DNA of 64,000 nucleotides from a virus, in IMG/VR virus record IMGVR_UViG_3300001533_002564, positions 40,189-104,188 of that record; one strand, 5' to 3'. The notes below the pieces were generated by a model that saw only the letters and a list, made by a program, of their open reading frames with translations, was not told where the DNA came from and searched no databases. Position 1 is the stretch's first letter; each line of letters opens with the position of its first letter. The translations under genes and the position numbers were made by a program. This document shows, in pieces, positions 1 to 8,731 of this stretch.

Positions 1-1
1 A

Positions 2-37
2 ACATTTGCTGGTGGTGGTAGAAGTAGATTAGGATAA
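2..37 (+). CDS. 3' end of an upstream gene (partial, ...TFAGGGRSRLG*)
   Basis: Open frame from the window edge to TAA at 35-37, followed by a terminator hairpin. Confidence 0.5.
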   Translation, partial: TFAGGGRSRLG

Positions 38-58
38 TAAAAATAATATTAAAATATA

Positions 59-90
59 AAAAAACCGAAAATTAATTTTCGGTTTTTTTT
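59..90 (+). terminator. Rho-independent terminator
   Basis: aaaaccgaaaat..attttcggtttt inverted repeat followed by a T-tract. Confidence 0.75.
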
Positions 91-119
91 GTAACATATA
101 GTTTAATTAGTCGTATAAT
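88..119 (+). promoter_or_regulatory. ECF-sigma-like promoter TTTGTAACATAT-N-CGTATAAT
   Basis: Same two boxes with identical 21-nt GTAAC-to-CGTA offset recur at 34631-34662. Confidence 0.55.
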
Positions 120-136
120 AATAAAAATGATTAATT

Positions 137-550
137 ATGATACATAGAACATTTGAAGGTTTTAAGTTAACAAGAATTTATCTTGGTGGTTCTAAGAAAA
201 AAGAAAAAGATATATTTTCAACTGTCCAAGATGTTGAAAATGATTATCTTGCTTGTGATTGGTTAGAATTTAGAAGAATTATTGTAAAATATTGGGACGA
301 TATATTACATGTAATACATTCATGGGAAATTATATTAAAATTAATTACATTATTTTTATTGATATCATCAATATTATTATTTAAATATCAACATACTTCC
401 TTGATATTGTTTAGTATTTCAATAATCTTTTTTTCTATTTATTCTTATATAAAACAAAGAAGAATTCATATATTAAAAATGTATGGTTTTACATTATCAA
501 TAACTAATGATAAAATAAAAGAATTATTTGGTTTTGATTCATTAGTTTAA
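137..550 (+). CDS. Hypothetical membrane protein (2 predicted TM helices)
   Basis: 137 aa ORF with two hydrophobic stretches. Confidence 0.65.
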   Translation: MIHRTFEGFKLTRIYLGGSKKKEKDIFSTVQDVENDYLACDWLEFRRIIVKYWDDILHVIHSWEIILKLITLFLLISSILLFKYQHTSLILFSISIIFFSIYSYIKQRRIHILKMYGFTLSITNDKIKELFGFDSLV

Positions 551-572
551 GTATTTATATTAAAATCATATT

Positions 573-1058
573 ATGGATTACGATGAAAAAAATTTAAAGC
601 TAATTTATGTATTAAAAATTGGTTATAATGCAAAAGATGAAGGATTATATGAATTTATTTTTTCATTAGACCCAGAAAATATTGAAGTTGAAGATTGGTG
701 CTGGGATTTAAGTCCTGCGTGTGACAATGTGTTACCACCAACTGAAAATTATATTAATGGTATTTTTAATTTAAAAACAAGTTCATTTGATTTATTCTGT
801 TTGCATGAAGCTGTTGATAGAGAATATATGCATGGTTATCATACAATTCATGCATTAGCTTATGAAATTGAGAAAGAAGATGATAGTCCAGCACCTTTTA
901 GTGATTATGAAAGTATGTTCGAAAACAATAATGATGATATTCCATTATTAGTTTTTCATTATGGTATGACGCTTGAGAAAGTTAAGAATCTATTAATTTC
1001 AAGAAAGATGATTTTAAAAAACAATAGTTTTGTTGAAACTTCATCAATTGAATTATAA
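573..1058 (+). CDS. Hypothetical acidic phage protein upstream of terminase
   Basis: 161 aa ORF preceded by GTATTTAT motif at 551. Confidence 0.75.
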   Translation: MDYDEKNLKLIYVLKIGYNAKDEGLYEFIFSLDPENIEVEDWCWDLSPACDNVLPPTENYINGIFNLKTSSFDLFCLHEAVDREYMHGYHTIHALAYEIEKEDDSPAPFSDYESMFENNNDDIPLLVFHYGMTLEKVKNLLISRKMILKNNSFVETSSIEL

Positions 1059-1200
1059 TTACTAATCTTATTATATAAAAAATTTAAATATTCAATAATT
1101 AAGTTCATCTTGCCGTTCAGAAGAAGGAAATCGAAACACGATATATTAAAATATATGTCGTGTTTTGCTATTTATAGTATTTATTTATAAATATTTATAA

Positions 1201-3621
1201 ATGACTGACGAACTTGATATTAATTTAGATTCTTCTGAAAAAAATGATGTTAGTTTAAATCTTAATTTAAATGAACAATCTAAAAGTGATGATTCTAATT
1301 TTCCAGAACACATTCCTTTAATACCTATTGATACACAAAGACAACAAGAAAAGGATGATGCAAGAAAATTAGCTAAAAAATTAAAAAAACAAGGAAAGAT
1401 TCAACCAATTATCATCACAAAAACTCGTGGTGTTAAAAAGGTTAGTGAATTAAATTTTACTGAACAAGAAGATGAAATTCTTCGTTGTGCAATGAATCCA
1501 ATTTATTTCATTGAAACATATTTAACAATTTTTGACCAAACACAAGGTGTTTCTGGTACAATTGTACCATTTAAATTATTTGACTTTCAAAAAGATTTAA
1601 TTAAATCATATCAAAACCATCGATTTGTTGTTGCTAATAAATATCGTCAGGCTGGTGTTAGTACAACAACATGTGCATATATTGCTTGGTATATAATGTT
1701 TAATCGAAATAGACAAGTTGCAATTGTTGCTGATAAATTAGAAACAGCCACTGGTGAATTAATGAGTGATGTTGTTGATTTTATTGATAGTTGTCCTGCG
1801 TGGCTTAGACCTAAAACTGGTAGAAATACTGAAAAGAATTTAAAAGATACTCAAAAACTTAAAATATATGATAATGATTCAAAATTAGGTGCATTCGCAT
1901 CTAAAAGTTTACGTGGTTATACACCAACATTATTATTTTGGGATGAAACTGCATGGGCAGAAAAAGGAAATGAATTTTGGACAGCAGCTTTACCATCATT
2001 AGTTACTGGTGGTCGTGCAATAATGGTTAGTACGCCTTCAGGACTTGATGCTGTTTTCTACAAAACATTTGATGGTGCAAGAAAAAATGAAAATAATTTC
2101 CATGCAGTTGAACTTTGGTGGTATAATGACCCAAGATATAATAAAGACTTGGTTTGGTTAAAAAATAAAGGTAAGAAAAATGAAATTACATTAGAAGATA
2201 ATGGTAGGTCTCATGAACAAAGAAAACAATTAGTTGAAGATGGTTGGGAAGCAAGTAACGCTTGGTTTGATATACAAGTGCGTAATGCTAATGGTGATAT
2301 GCGTAAAGTTGCACAAGAGTTATTGTGTGTTTATGGTAATGCATCATTAACTATTAGAAATAAAAAAACTGGTGAAATTGGAAAAATTAGTATTGAAAAT
2401 TTATATAAAAAATTAAAAGAGCAAAACAATTCTTCTGAGTATTTATATAAAAGTAAATTTATGAATAAAATAAAATTATTAAATAAGATATTATCGATTA
2501 ATATTGAAAAATATAGAATAAAAGGTGGGTTATCAATGTTTAATAAAGATTTTCCAAATTTAATTAATGTAGTTAATGAATATACTAAAGACATGCAAAT
2601 ATGTTCCATGAATAAAACATTATATGCAAAATTATTATTTTTAAAAAAATATTATTGTAATATTAACAATATCACAATAAATGATAAAATAATGGTTTTT
2701 GATAGAACCATAGGAGATTTTATTGAAAAATCAGATAACTCAGCAAAAAAATATTGGGATAATATAAATCAAACTATAAAAAACACCAATAAATTTTATA
2801 CTAAAGAAGAAACAATTGAACTCTTAAAAAATGATTATAAAAATTATTTAGGAAAATCAGGTAATAGAAAATTAATTTCCAAAGATATTAATTTATATTG
2901 TAGTGTTTATCATCACACCAAACACATGGATAATTTAAATAAAAATTTAAATAAATTTTCATATAGATTATTAATTTTAATTAATAATGTTAATATTTAT
3001 TGTGAAAAACACAATAAATTAAAACATTGGAAGTTCAATGCAGATAATGAATTGGTTATCGGGTGTGCACAATGTGAGCCTAAATATCCATCAAAAAATT
3101 GGTTTAAATTAAAATTTGGTGATGATTGGAGAAAGCATTATGAATTTAGAAAAAATAAGGTTAAATTAAATAAAACAAATAGTTTAGAATGGCATATTAA
3201 TAAATATGGTGATGTAGGCATTGAAAAATATGAAAAATATGTTTTAAAAAAAATGAAGACATTAACTAAATTAAAAGCAAATCGATATAGTAAAATTTCT
3301 CAAGAATTATTTTGGGAGTTATATGATTCAATTCCAGATAAAGAAGACACATATTTCCATAATTTAAATCATGAATATGTTATCCGAATACCAAAGAAAT
3401 ATAATCACGAAAATATAATAATGATGATAGATTTTAAACATAAAAATAAAATTATTGAATATAATGGAAATTATTGGCATAATAAAGAAAAGAATAATAT
3501 TAGATATTCAATTTTAAGAAAGATGGGTTATCAAATACTAATTATTACATCTGACGATTATAATCGAAATAAAAAACCTAAAGAAATTATCAATAAATGT
3601 CTTAAATTTTTAACATGTTAA
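1201..3621 (+). CDS. terL: Terminase large subunit N-part (ATPase) + split-intein N-fragment + in-frame Vsr-like endonuclease
   Basis: T4 gp17-like motifs (NPIYFIETY, L(F)DFQKDL, KYRQAGVST, Walker B LFWDETAW, VSTPSG); intein starts at CVYG (2326). Confidence 0.9.
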   Translation: MTDELDINLDSSEKNDVSLNLNLNEQSKSDDSNFPEHIPLIPIDTQRQQEKDDARKLAKKLKKQGKIQPIIITKTRGVKKVSELNFTEQEDEILRCAMNPIYFIETYLTIFDQTQGVSGTIVPFKLFDFQKDLIKSYQNHRFVVANKYRQAGVSTTTCAYIAWYIMFNRNRQVAIVADKLETATGELMSDVVDFIDSCPAWLRPKTGRNTEKNLKDTQKLKIYDNDSKLGAFASKSLRGYTPTLLFWDETAWAEKGNEFWTAALPSLVTGGRAIMVSTPSGLDAVFYKTFDGARKNENNFHAVELWWYNDPRYNKDLVWLKNKGKKNEITLEDNGRSHEQRKQLVEDGWEASNAWFDIQVRNANGDMRKVAQELLCVYGNASLTIRNKKTGEIGKISIENLYKKLKEQNNSSEYLYKSKFMNKIKLLNKILSINIEKYRIKGGLSMFNKDFPNLINVVNEYTKDMQICSMNKTLYAKLLFLKKYYCNINNITINDKIMVFDRTIGDFIEKSDNSAKKYWDNINQTIKNTNKFYTKEETIELLKNDYKNYLGKSGNRKLISKDINLYCSVYHHTKHMDNLNKNLNKFSYRLLILINNVNIYCEKHNKLKHWKFNADNELVIGCAQCEPKYPSKNWFKLKFGDDWRKHYEFRKNKVKLNKTNSLEWHINKYGDVGIEKYEKYVLKKMKTLTKLKANRYSKISQELFWELYDSIPDKEDTYFHNLNHEYVIRIPKKYNHENIIMMIDFKHKNKIIEYNGNYWHNKEKNNIRYSILRKMGYQILIITSDDYNRNKKPKEIINKCLKFLTC
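2326..2424 (+). mobile_element. Atypical split intein, short N-fragment (~30-35 aa, CVYGNASLTIRNKKTGEIGKISIENLYKKL)
   Basis: Intein block A starting with Cys after the extein AQELL; resembles AceL-TerL IntN (CVYG...IEDLYK.L); end position approximate. Confidence 0.8.
2461..3621 (+). mobile_element. Vsr-like (PD-(D/E)XK) homing endonuclease, 386 aa, with own ATG and late promoter
   Basis: ATG at 2461 preceded by GTATTTATATAAA at 2439; C-terminal SKISQELF...IDFKHKNKIIEYNGNYWH...GYQILIIT nuclease motif; K/N-rich composition unlike the terminase. Confidence 0.75.
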
Positions 3622-3938
3622 TAAATACCGATTTTGAAATATTAAATTCGTCAGGTGAGTTCGTTGATTTTGCAGGTATTAGTAAAACAAAAAAAGATAT
3701 CGCATATAAGATTACTCTTGAAAATGATGATACAATTATTGTTAGTGAAGACCATGTATTTATTGCAGGTAATGTTAATGTTTTTGTTAAATCTATTGTA
3801 CCTTACGTATCATATTTAACTACAACTGATGGTGATTTTTTTGTTAAATCAATTGAGATTGTTGATGGGTGTGATTTTTATGATGTGATTGATACTGAAA
3901 ATGCTGAATATTTTGCAAATAATATATTAAATCATAAT
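3615..3938 (+). mobile_element. Atypical split intein, long C-fragment (108 aa)
   Basis: Block B (VSEDH), block F (FYDV) and block G (NHN) with Cys+1 at 3939. Confidence 0.85.
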
Positions 3939-4916
3939 TGTTCTTTCCTTGGTTCAGGTGATAACTTTATTGCTAAAGAATATCTTAAAAGAATTCAAGA
4001 TAATGAAATTTTACCACCAATACGTCAAGAATATGTTGATAATAATATGTGGATTTGGGAAGAACCTGTTGTTGGAGAGAATTATATAATGGCAATGGAT
4101 GCTTCACCGGGTCATGGAGAAGATTTTTCAACATTAAATATGTTAAAAACTGTTGAAATTATTGAAGAAAAAGTTATTAATAAAAATGGTAAAATAAAAA
4201 AAGTAAAAATTAAACGACATAAAGTAGAACAGGTCGCTGAATATTATGGTAAAATAAGTCCACAATTACTTGCAGAAATTGCATATCAATATGGTAAAAG
4301 ATATAATAATGCATATGCTGTTATTGATATTACTGGTGGTCATGGTGTCCATACTGTTGAAAAGTTGCTTGAAATTGGTTATGATAATGTGCATCATGCT
4401 GAAATAACACATAAACCTACTAGAGATAGATTACAAGGTTATATCAAAAAAGGTCAAAAAACTATGTCTGATGGTGCTATATCGGCTGTTGATTTAATTC
4501 CCGGGTTTTACATCGGTAATAATCGTCCATCAATTTTACTTGAGATGCAAAGAGCAATTCATTTAGAAGATGTTATTATTAGGTCAAGTAGATTATTATC
4601 TGAATTAAAAACATTTATTACTGTCCCCGGAAATCGTGTAGCTGATCATAAACGTACATTTCATGATGATAGTATAATGGGTTTGGCAATTGGTTTATTT
4701 GTATTAAATTTTGATATGGCTAAATTCAAACAAAATAGAGGTATTAATGAAAAAATGATTAAAGGCATTCTTACCTTAAATGATATTGATGAAATAGGGA
4801 AAAATATAAAAAATTTAAAGAAACCAATGTTTGATAGAGATGAAGCAAATCCTCTAAATCCGTATGGTGCAAACTCATGGTTATTTAAAGAAATTAAAGA
4901 AACAAATAAAAGATAA
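3615..4916 (+). CDS. terL: Terminase large subunit C-part (split-intein C-fragment + RNase H-like nuclease domain)
   Basis: IntC ends YDV...YFANNILNHN followed by CSFLGSG; nuclease motifs YIMAMDASPG.GEDFST and HDDSIMGLAI. Confidence 0.9.
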   Translation: MLINTDFEILNSSGEFVDFAGISKTKKDIAYKITLENDDTIIVSEDHVFIAGNVNVFVKSIVPYVSYLTTTDGDFFVKSIEIVDGCDFYDVIDTENAEYFANNILNHNCSFLGSGDNFIAKEYLKRIQDNEILPPIRQEYVDNNMWIWEEPVVGENYIMAMDASPGHGEDFSTLNMLKTVEIIEEKVINKNGKIKKVKIKRHKVEQVAEYYGKISPQLLAEIAYQYGKRYNNAYAVIDITGGHGVHTVEKLLEIGYDNVHHAEITHKPTRDRLQGYIKKGQKTMSDGAISAVDLIPGFYIGNNRPSILLEMQRAIHLEDVIIRSSRLLSELKTFITVPGNRVADHKRTFHDDSIMGLAIGLFVLNFDMAKFKQNRGINEKMIKGILTLNDIDEIGKNIKNLKKPMFDRDEANPLNPYGANSWLFKEIKETNKR

Positions 4917-4987
4917 TTTGTATTTATATTTAACTGACTTTTCCAAAATATTAAAGTATTTATAAAAAACTATAAAAAATTATAAAA

Positions 4988-6973
4988 ATGGCTGCCGAAA
5001 AAGAAAATAAAGGAACAATATACCAACAATTAAATAAGATGTTAAATCTTGATGGTTTTGGTCATCAAGAAGCATCACCAATTGCACCTGTAGCAAGTCC
5101 TGATAAATCAAAGATTGTTATTAAAGGGAATAGTCCTGAAGAAATACATAGAAAAGGATTAGAATTAGAACAAAAACGTGAACTTCAAAGTAAATTTTTC
5201 CGTACAACAGATAGGGGATTTCAAAAAGCACTTCAATATGAAGCAGCAAGACTTCCAGCATATATTGATTATGAAGGTATGGAGTATTATCCAATAATTA
5301 GTAGTGCATTGGATTTATTTATGGAAGAAGCAACTAGTATTGGTTTGAACGGTAAAATGATGAATATTTATTGCAATAAAGAAAGAATAAAACTATTATT
5401 AGAAGAATTCTTTTATGATATTGTAAATGTTAATGTTAATTTACCTTTCTGGGTAAGAAATGTTTGTAAATATGGTGATAATTTTGTTTTATTATATGGT
5501 GAACGTAAAAAAGGTATTACTCACGTAAAACAGTTGGTTAATTACGAAATTGAACGATTTGAAAGAATTCAAGACGGTAAACCAATGGTTAAGTTTAAAG
5601 AAAGAATGACTGGTGACGAATTTAATGTATTTGAAATTGCTCATTTTAGACTATTAGGTGATGATAAATATTTACCCTATGGTTCATCATTATTGAATAA
5701 GGTGCGTAGAGTATTTCGTCAATTAGTAATGGCTGAAGATGCTATGCTTACTTATCGTATTATTCGTGCAGGTGAGAAAAAAGTATTTAAAATTGATGTT
5801 GGAAATATTGATGAAGACGATATTGAAGATTACATCTATAAAGTTGCAACAACTTTTAAGAAAAAAGCACAAGTACAGCCAAATGATGGTCAAATTGATT
5901 ATCGTTTTAATATATTAGGTAATGATGAAGATTACTTTTTGCCTGTAAGAAATGCCAATACCGAAACAGGTATTGAAACGCTTCCGGGTGCTTCGAATCT
6001 TGACCAAATACACGATATTGAATATCTTAGAGATAATTTATTTATTGGTCTTGGTATCCCTAAACCATTTTTAAGTTTTCAAGATGCCACTGGTGGTGGA
6101 AAAAATATGGCACAATACGATATTAGATTTGCAAAAAAAATTAATCGTATTCAACAAGCAATGATTCAGGAACTTAATAAAATGGCGATGGTTCATCTTT
6201 ATTTATTAGGTTATAGTGGTGAAGATTTAAGTAGTTTTTCAATAACATTAACAAATCCTAGTACACAACAAGAATTATTGAAATCAGAATTACTTCGTGA
6301 TAAAGCACAAACATATACTGAATTAACTCGTGGTGAAGGAGGTATTGCAGCAATGTCACATACAACAGCAAAACGTATGATTTTCAATATGAGCGATAGA
6401 GAAATTGTTGATGATTTGAAACAACAAAAAATGGAAAAAGTTGTTATGCAGGAATTACAAGATTCTCCAGTTACAATTAAGAAATCTGGTTTATTTACTG
6501 ATATTGACAAGAGATTTGGTGAACCTATTGAAGATATGCCACTTACTGGTGATACTCAAGGTGGAATGCCACCAGAAGAAGGTGGTGAAGAAGGTGAAAT
6601 GCCACCATTAGGTGGTGGTGCTCCTCCTGCTCCTGTAGGTGGTGAAGAAGGTGAAATGCCACCATTAGGTGGTGGTGCTCCTGTTGGTAGTGGTGCTCCA
6701 CCTATGATGGAAAATATGAGCGAAGATGAATACATTAAACAAGTAGAGAAATTAGTTTATGGTAGTCCACAAGAACCTGAAAAAGATAAACAAGTTAAAG
6801 AAAAAGAAATAATTCAAGAAAATAATAATATTAATGATAAATTAAATAAAGGTGCTGAAAATATGATTAATGAGATTGATATTTTATTAAAATCAACTGA
6901 AAGCATTAATAAAACAGAAAAAATAAACGAAACTCAAGATATTGATATTGAAAATATTGACTTAGAAGAATAA
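4988..6973 (+). CDS. Portal protein (T4 gp20-like)
   Basis: YGSS.L, LVMAEDAMLTYRIIRA.EKKVFKIDVGN, EDYFLP, IETLPG motifs; follows terminase. Confidence 0.93.
   Translation: MAAEKENKGTIYQQLNKMLNLDGFGHQEASPIAPVASPDKSKIVIKGNSPEEIHRKGLELEQKRELQSKFFRTTDRGFQKALQYEAARLPAYIDYEGMEYYPIISSALDLFMEEATSIGLNGKMMNIYCNKERIKLLLEEFFYDIVNVNVNLPFWVRNVCKYGDNFVLLYGERKKGITHVKQLVNYEIERFERIQDGKPMVKFKERMTGDEFNVFEIAHFRLLGDDKYLPYGSSLLNKVRRVFRQLVMAEDAMLTYRIIRAGEKKVFKIDVGNIDEDDIEDYIYKVATTFKKKAQVQPNDGQIDYRFNILGNDEDYFLPVRNANTETGIETLPGASNLDQIHDIEYLRDNLFIGLGIPKPFLSFQDATGGGKNMAQYDIRFAKKINRIQQAMIQELNKMAMVHLYLLGYSGEDLSSFSITLTNPSTQQELLKSELLRDKAQTYTELTRGEGGIAAMSHTTAKRMIFNMSDREIVDDLKQQKMEKVVMQELQDSPVTIKKSGLFTDIDKRFGEPIEDMPLTGDTQGGMPPEEGGEEGEMPPLGGGAPPAPVGGEEGEMPPLGGGAPVGSGAPPMMENMSEDEYIKQVEKLVYGSPQEPEKDKQVKEKEIIQENNNINDKLNKGAENMINEIDILLKSTESINKTEKINETQDIDIENIDLEE
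6580..6682 (+). repeat. 46 bp exact direct repeat (6580-6625, 6637-6682) encoding GGEEGEMPPLGGGAP twice in the portal C-terminal tail
   Basis: Read directly from the sequence. Confidence 0.9.
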
Positions 6974-7053
6974 TTCAAGTATTTATTAATAAATTACATG
7001 AAATAAATATTTGTAATTAATAATAGTATTTATATTAAATCAAATTATATAAT

Positions 7054-7833
7054 ATGAAAAACATCAACATAGGAATTGCTAATATAATAATTTCTAATAA
7101 ATTAAATGAATCATATCTAAATGATAAATTAATTGAAGAATCAAAAAAAATCGCATTTGATTTTTTTGATGTCATAAAAAAATCACCTGTTCTTCAATTA
7201 GAATTTAAAGTGTTTAATAATATTGAAAGTAAACACATAGATAATGATATTTTCGCTAAAGAATATATTGATAATAATATTAAATTATTTGAAGTTTATA
7301 CTATTGATGAAATTATTAAGGAACGTCAAAAATTAAATAAATTCATTAATGAAGATATTCTAAATGAAGATGATGAAAAGGTTCAATTATATAATGCAAT
7401 TAATAATCTAATTGATGAATCATTAAAAACTAATGATGATGTTGATGTTGATAAAATTCATGAATCATTTACATTCGTTTTTAATTATATTAAAACTCCA
7501 AAGAAAGCATTACTTGAAAATGTTGATGTCGAAGAAATAAATGAAGATGTTATTGAAATTGCTGTTAGTAAATTTAACGAAAAATATGAAAGTCTTGATG
7601 AAGGTGATAAAGAATTATTAAAAACACTAATTAAAGCAAGTACTAAGGAAAAAAAATCATTACTTGAAACTTATAAGAAAGACACACTCAATATTTTAGA
7701 AGGAATTGATAAAGCTAATATTCAAGACAATATTCAGAAAGCAATTGAGAAAATAAAAGAAATGGTTTATAATCAAAAAAATGTTGATGATAATATTATT
7801 GGACTCCATGATTTGAAGAAGGAATTATTATAA
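7054..7833 (+). CDS. Hypothetical head-module protein (helical, late)
   Basis: 259 aa; late motifs at 6979 and 7026; lies between portal and protease. Confidence 0.7.
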   Translation: MKNINIGIANIIISNKLNESYLNDKLIEESKKIAFDFFDVIKKSPVLQLEFKVFNNIESKHIDNDIFAKEYIDNNIKLFEVYTIDEIIKERQKLNKFINEDILNEDDEKVQLYNAINNLIDESLKTNDDVDVDKIHESFTFVFNYIKTPKKALLENVDVEEINEDVIEIAVSKFNEKYESLDEGDKELLKTLIKASTKEKKSLLETYKKDTLNILEGIDKANIQDNIQKAIEKIKEMVYNQKNVDDNIIGLHDLKKELL

Positions 7834-7851
7834 ATTAATAAACGTTTTAAT

Positions 7852-7885
7852 AAAAAAGGTATGTATTATATTACATACCTTTTTT
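7852..7885. terminator. Bidirectional terminator between convergent genes
   Basis: aaaaaaggtatgta-ttatat-tacatacctttttt. Confidence 0.8.
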
Positions 7886-7887
7886 AT

Positions 7888-8727
7888 TTAACCAAGAGTA
7901 CCAAAAAATTTATCGAAATTTTTTGCTCCTTCTTCTGTTATATTAAGTTGTTTATAACCAAATCTATCATATAATAATTTAAATATTTTATATACATAGT
8001 TAATGCCTTCAAGCTCATAGTTTGGTTCATGTCTTTTTGCAGCATTTATCCAAATGGTATATGATGATGATGGTTCATTTAATAAATACGGTCCACGACT
8101 GTATCCAAATAACGTACAACTTGCTAAATCATCACATTTTTTTGAAATCTCATCCATATATACACACTGTGCTTTAATCATAATTTCAGGATTATCGATA
8201 ATGTTTTGAAAAATTATTATTCTATTTTCTAATCCTTCAGAATTGTTTTGAATGAATGATTTTTTTGATGGAATTTCGTCTGGTTTATATGTGTAATCAA
8301 TCATACCCTTTGTAATTGCTTTTATATCACTACCATTCATTCCTTTAAATTTGTTATCAATAATAACATCATAAATTGTTGGATATGTAAATTGACTAAT
8401 TCCAGATGCGCTACTAGGAAATGGAGCATAATTCCATACTTTATATCCTGATTCAATATATGCTTGTGCTGCTATAATATTTGCGTCAACATTATATAAT
8501 GCAGCATACTTATTATACCAATTAATTATTGCTTTAGCAAGTTCATCGTTGGTTTCAATACCACCATTAATATCTGGATTTGAAGTCCAATATCTATCTG
8601 GTGATATTGGTGTTGGAGTAAAAGGTAAAACATAATCATTTTTTCCTTTAAGATTTGAATTACCTTTCCCTTTACATTTTTCTTTAATATGTTCTTCACC
8701 TAATGTTGTTAATCTTTTATATGGCAT
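7888..8727 (-). CDS. Lytic transglycosylase (SLT domain), probably virion-associated
   Basis: IIAAQAYIESGY and ASGISQF SLT motifs. Confidence 0.8.
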   Translation of the reverse strand: MPYKRLTTLGEEHIKEKCKGKGNSNLKGKNDYVLPFTPTPISPDRYWTSNPDINGGIETNDELAKAIINWYNKYAALYNVDANIIAAQAYIESGYKVWNYAPFPSSASGISQFTYPTIYDVIIDNKFKGMNGSDIKAITKGMIDYTYKPDEIPSKKSFIQNNSEGLENRIIIFQNIIDNPEIMIKAQCVYMDEISKKCDDLASCTLFGYSRGPYLLNEPSSSYTIWINAAKRHEPNYELEGINYVYKIFKLLYDRFGYKQLNITEEGAKNFDKFFGTLG

Positions 8728-8731
8728 ATTA

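Noticed and set aside
1110-1168. Hammerhead ribozyme (cagaaga...cgaaac...gtt)
   Set aside because: The core has A instead of U4, and stems I and II cannot pair.
3601-3621. Programmed -1 frameshift joining the two terminase ORFs into one cis intein
   Set aside because: There is no canonical slippery heptamer in frame, and ORF2 starts with ATG where known atypical IntC fragments start. Not fully excluded.
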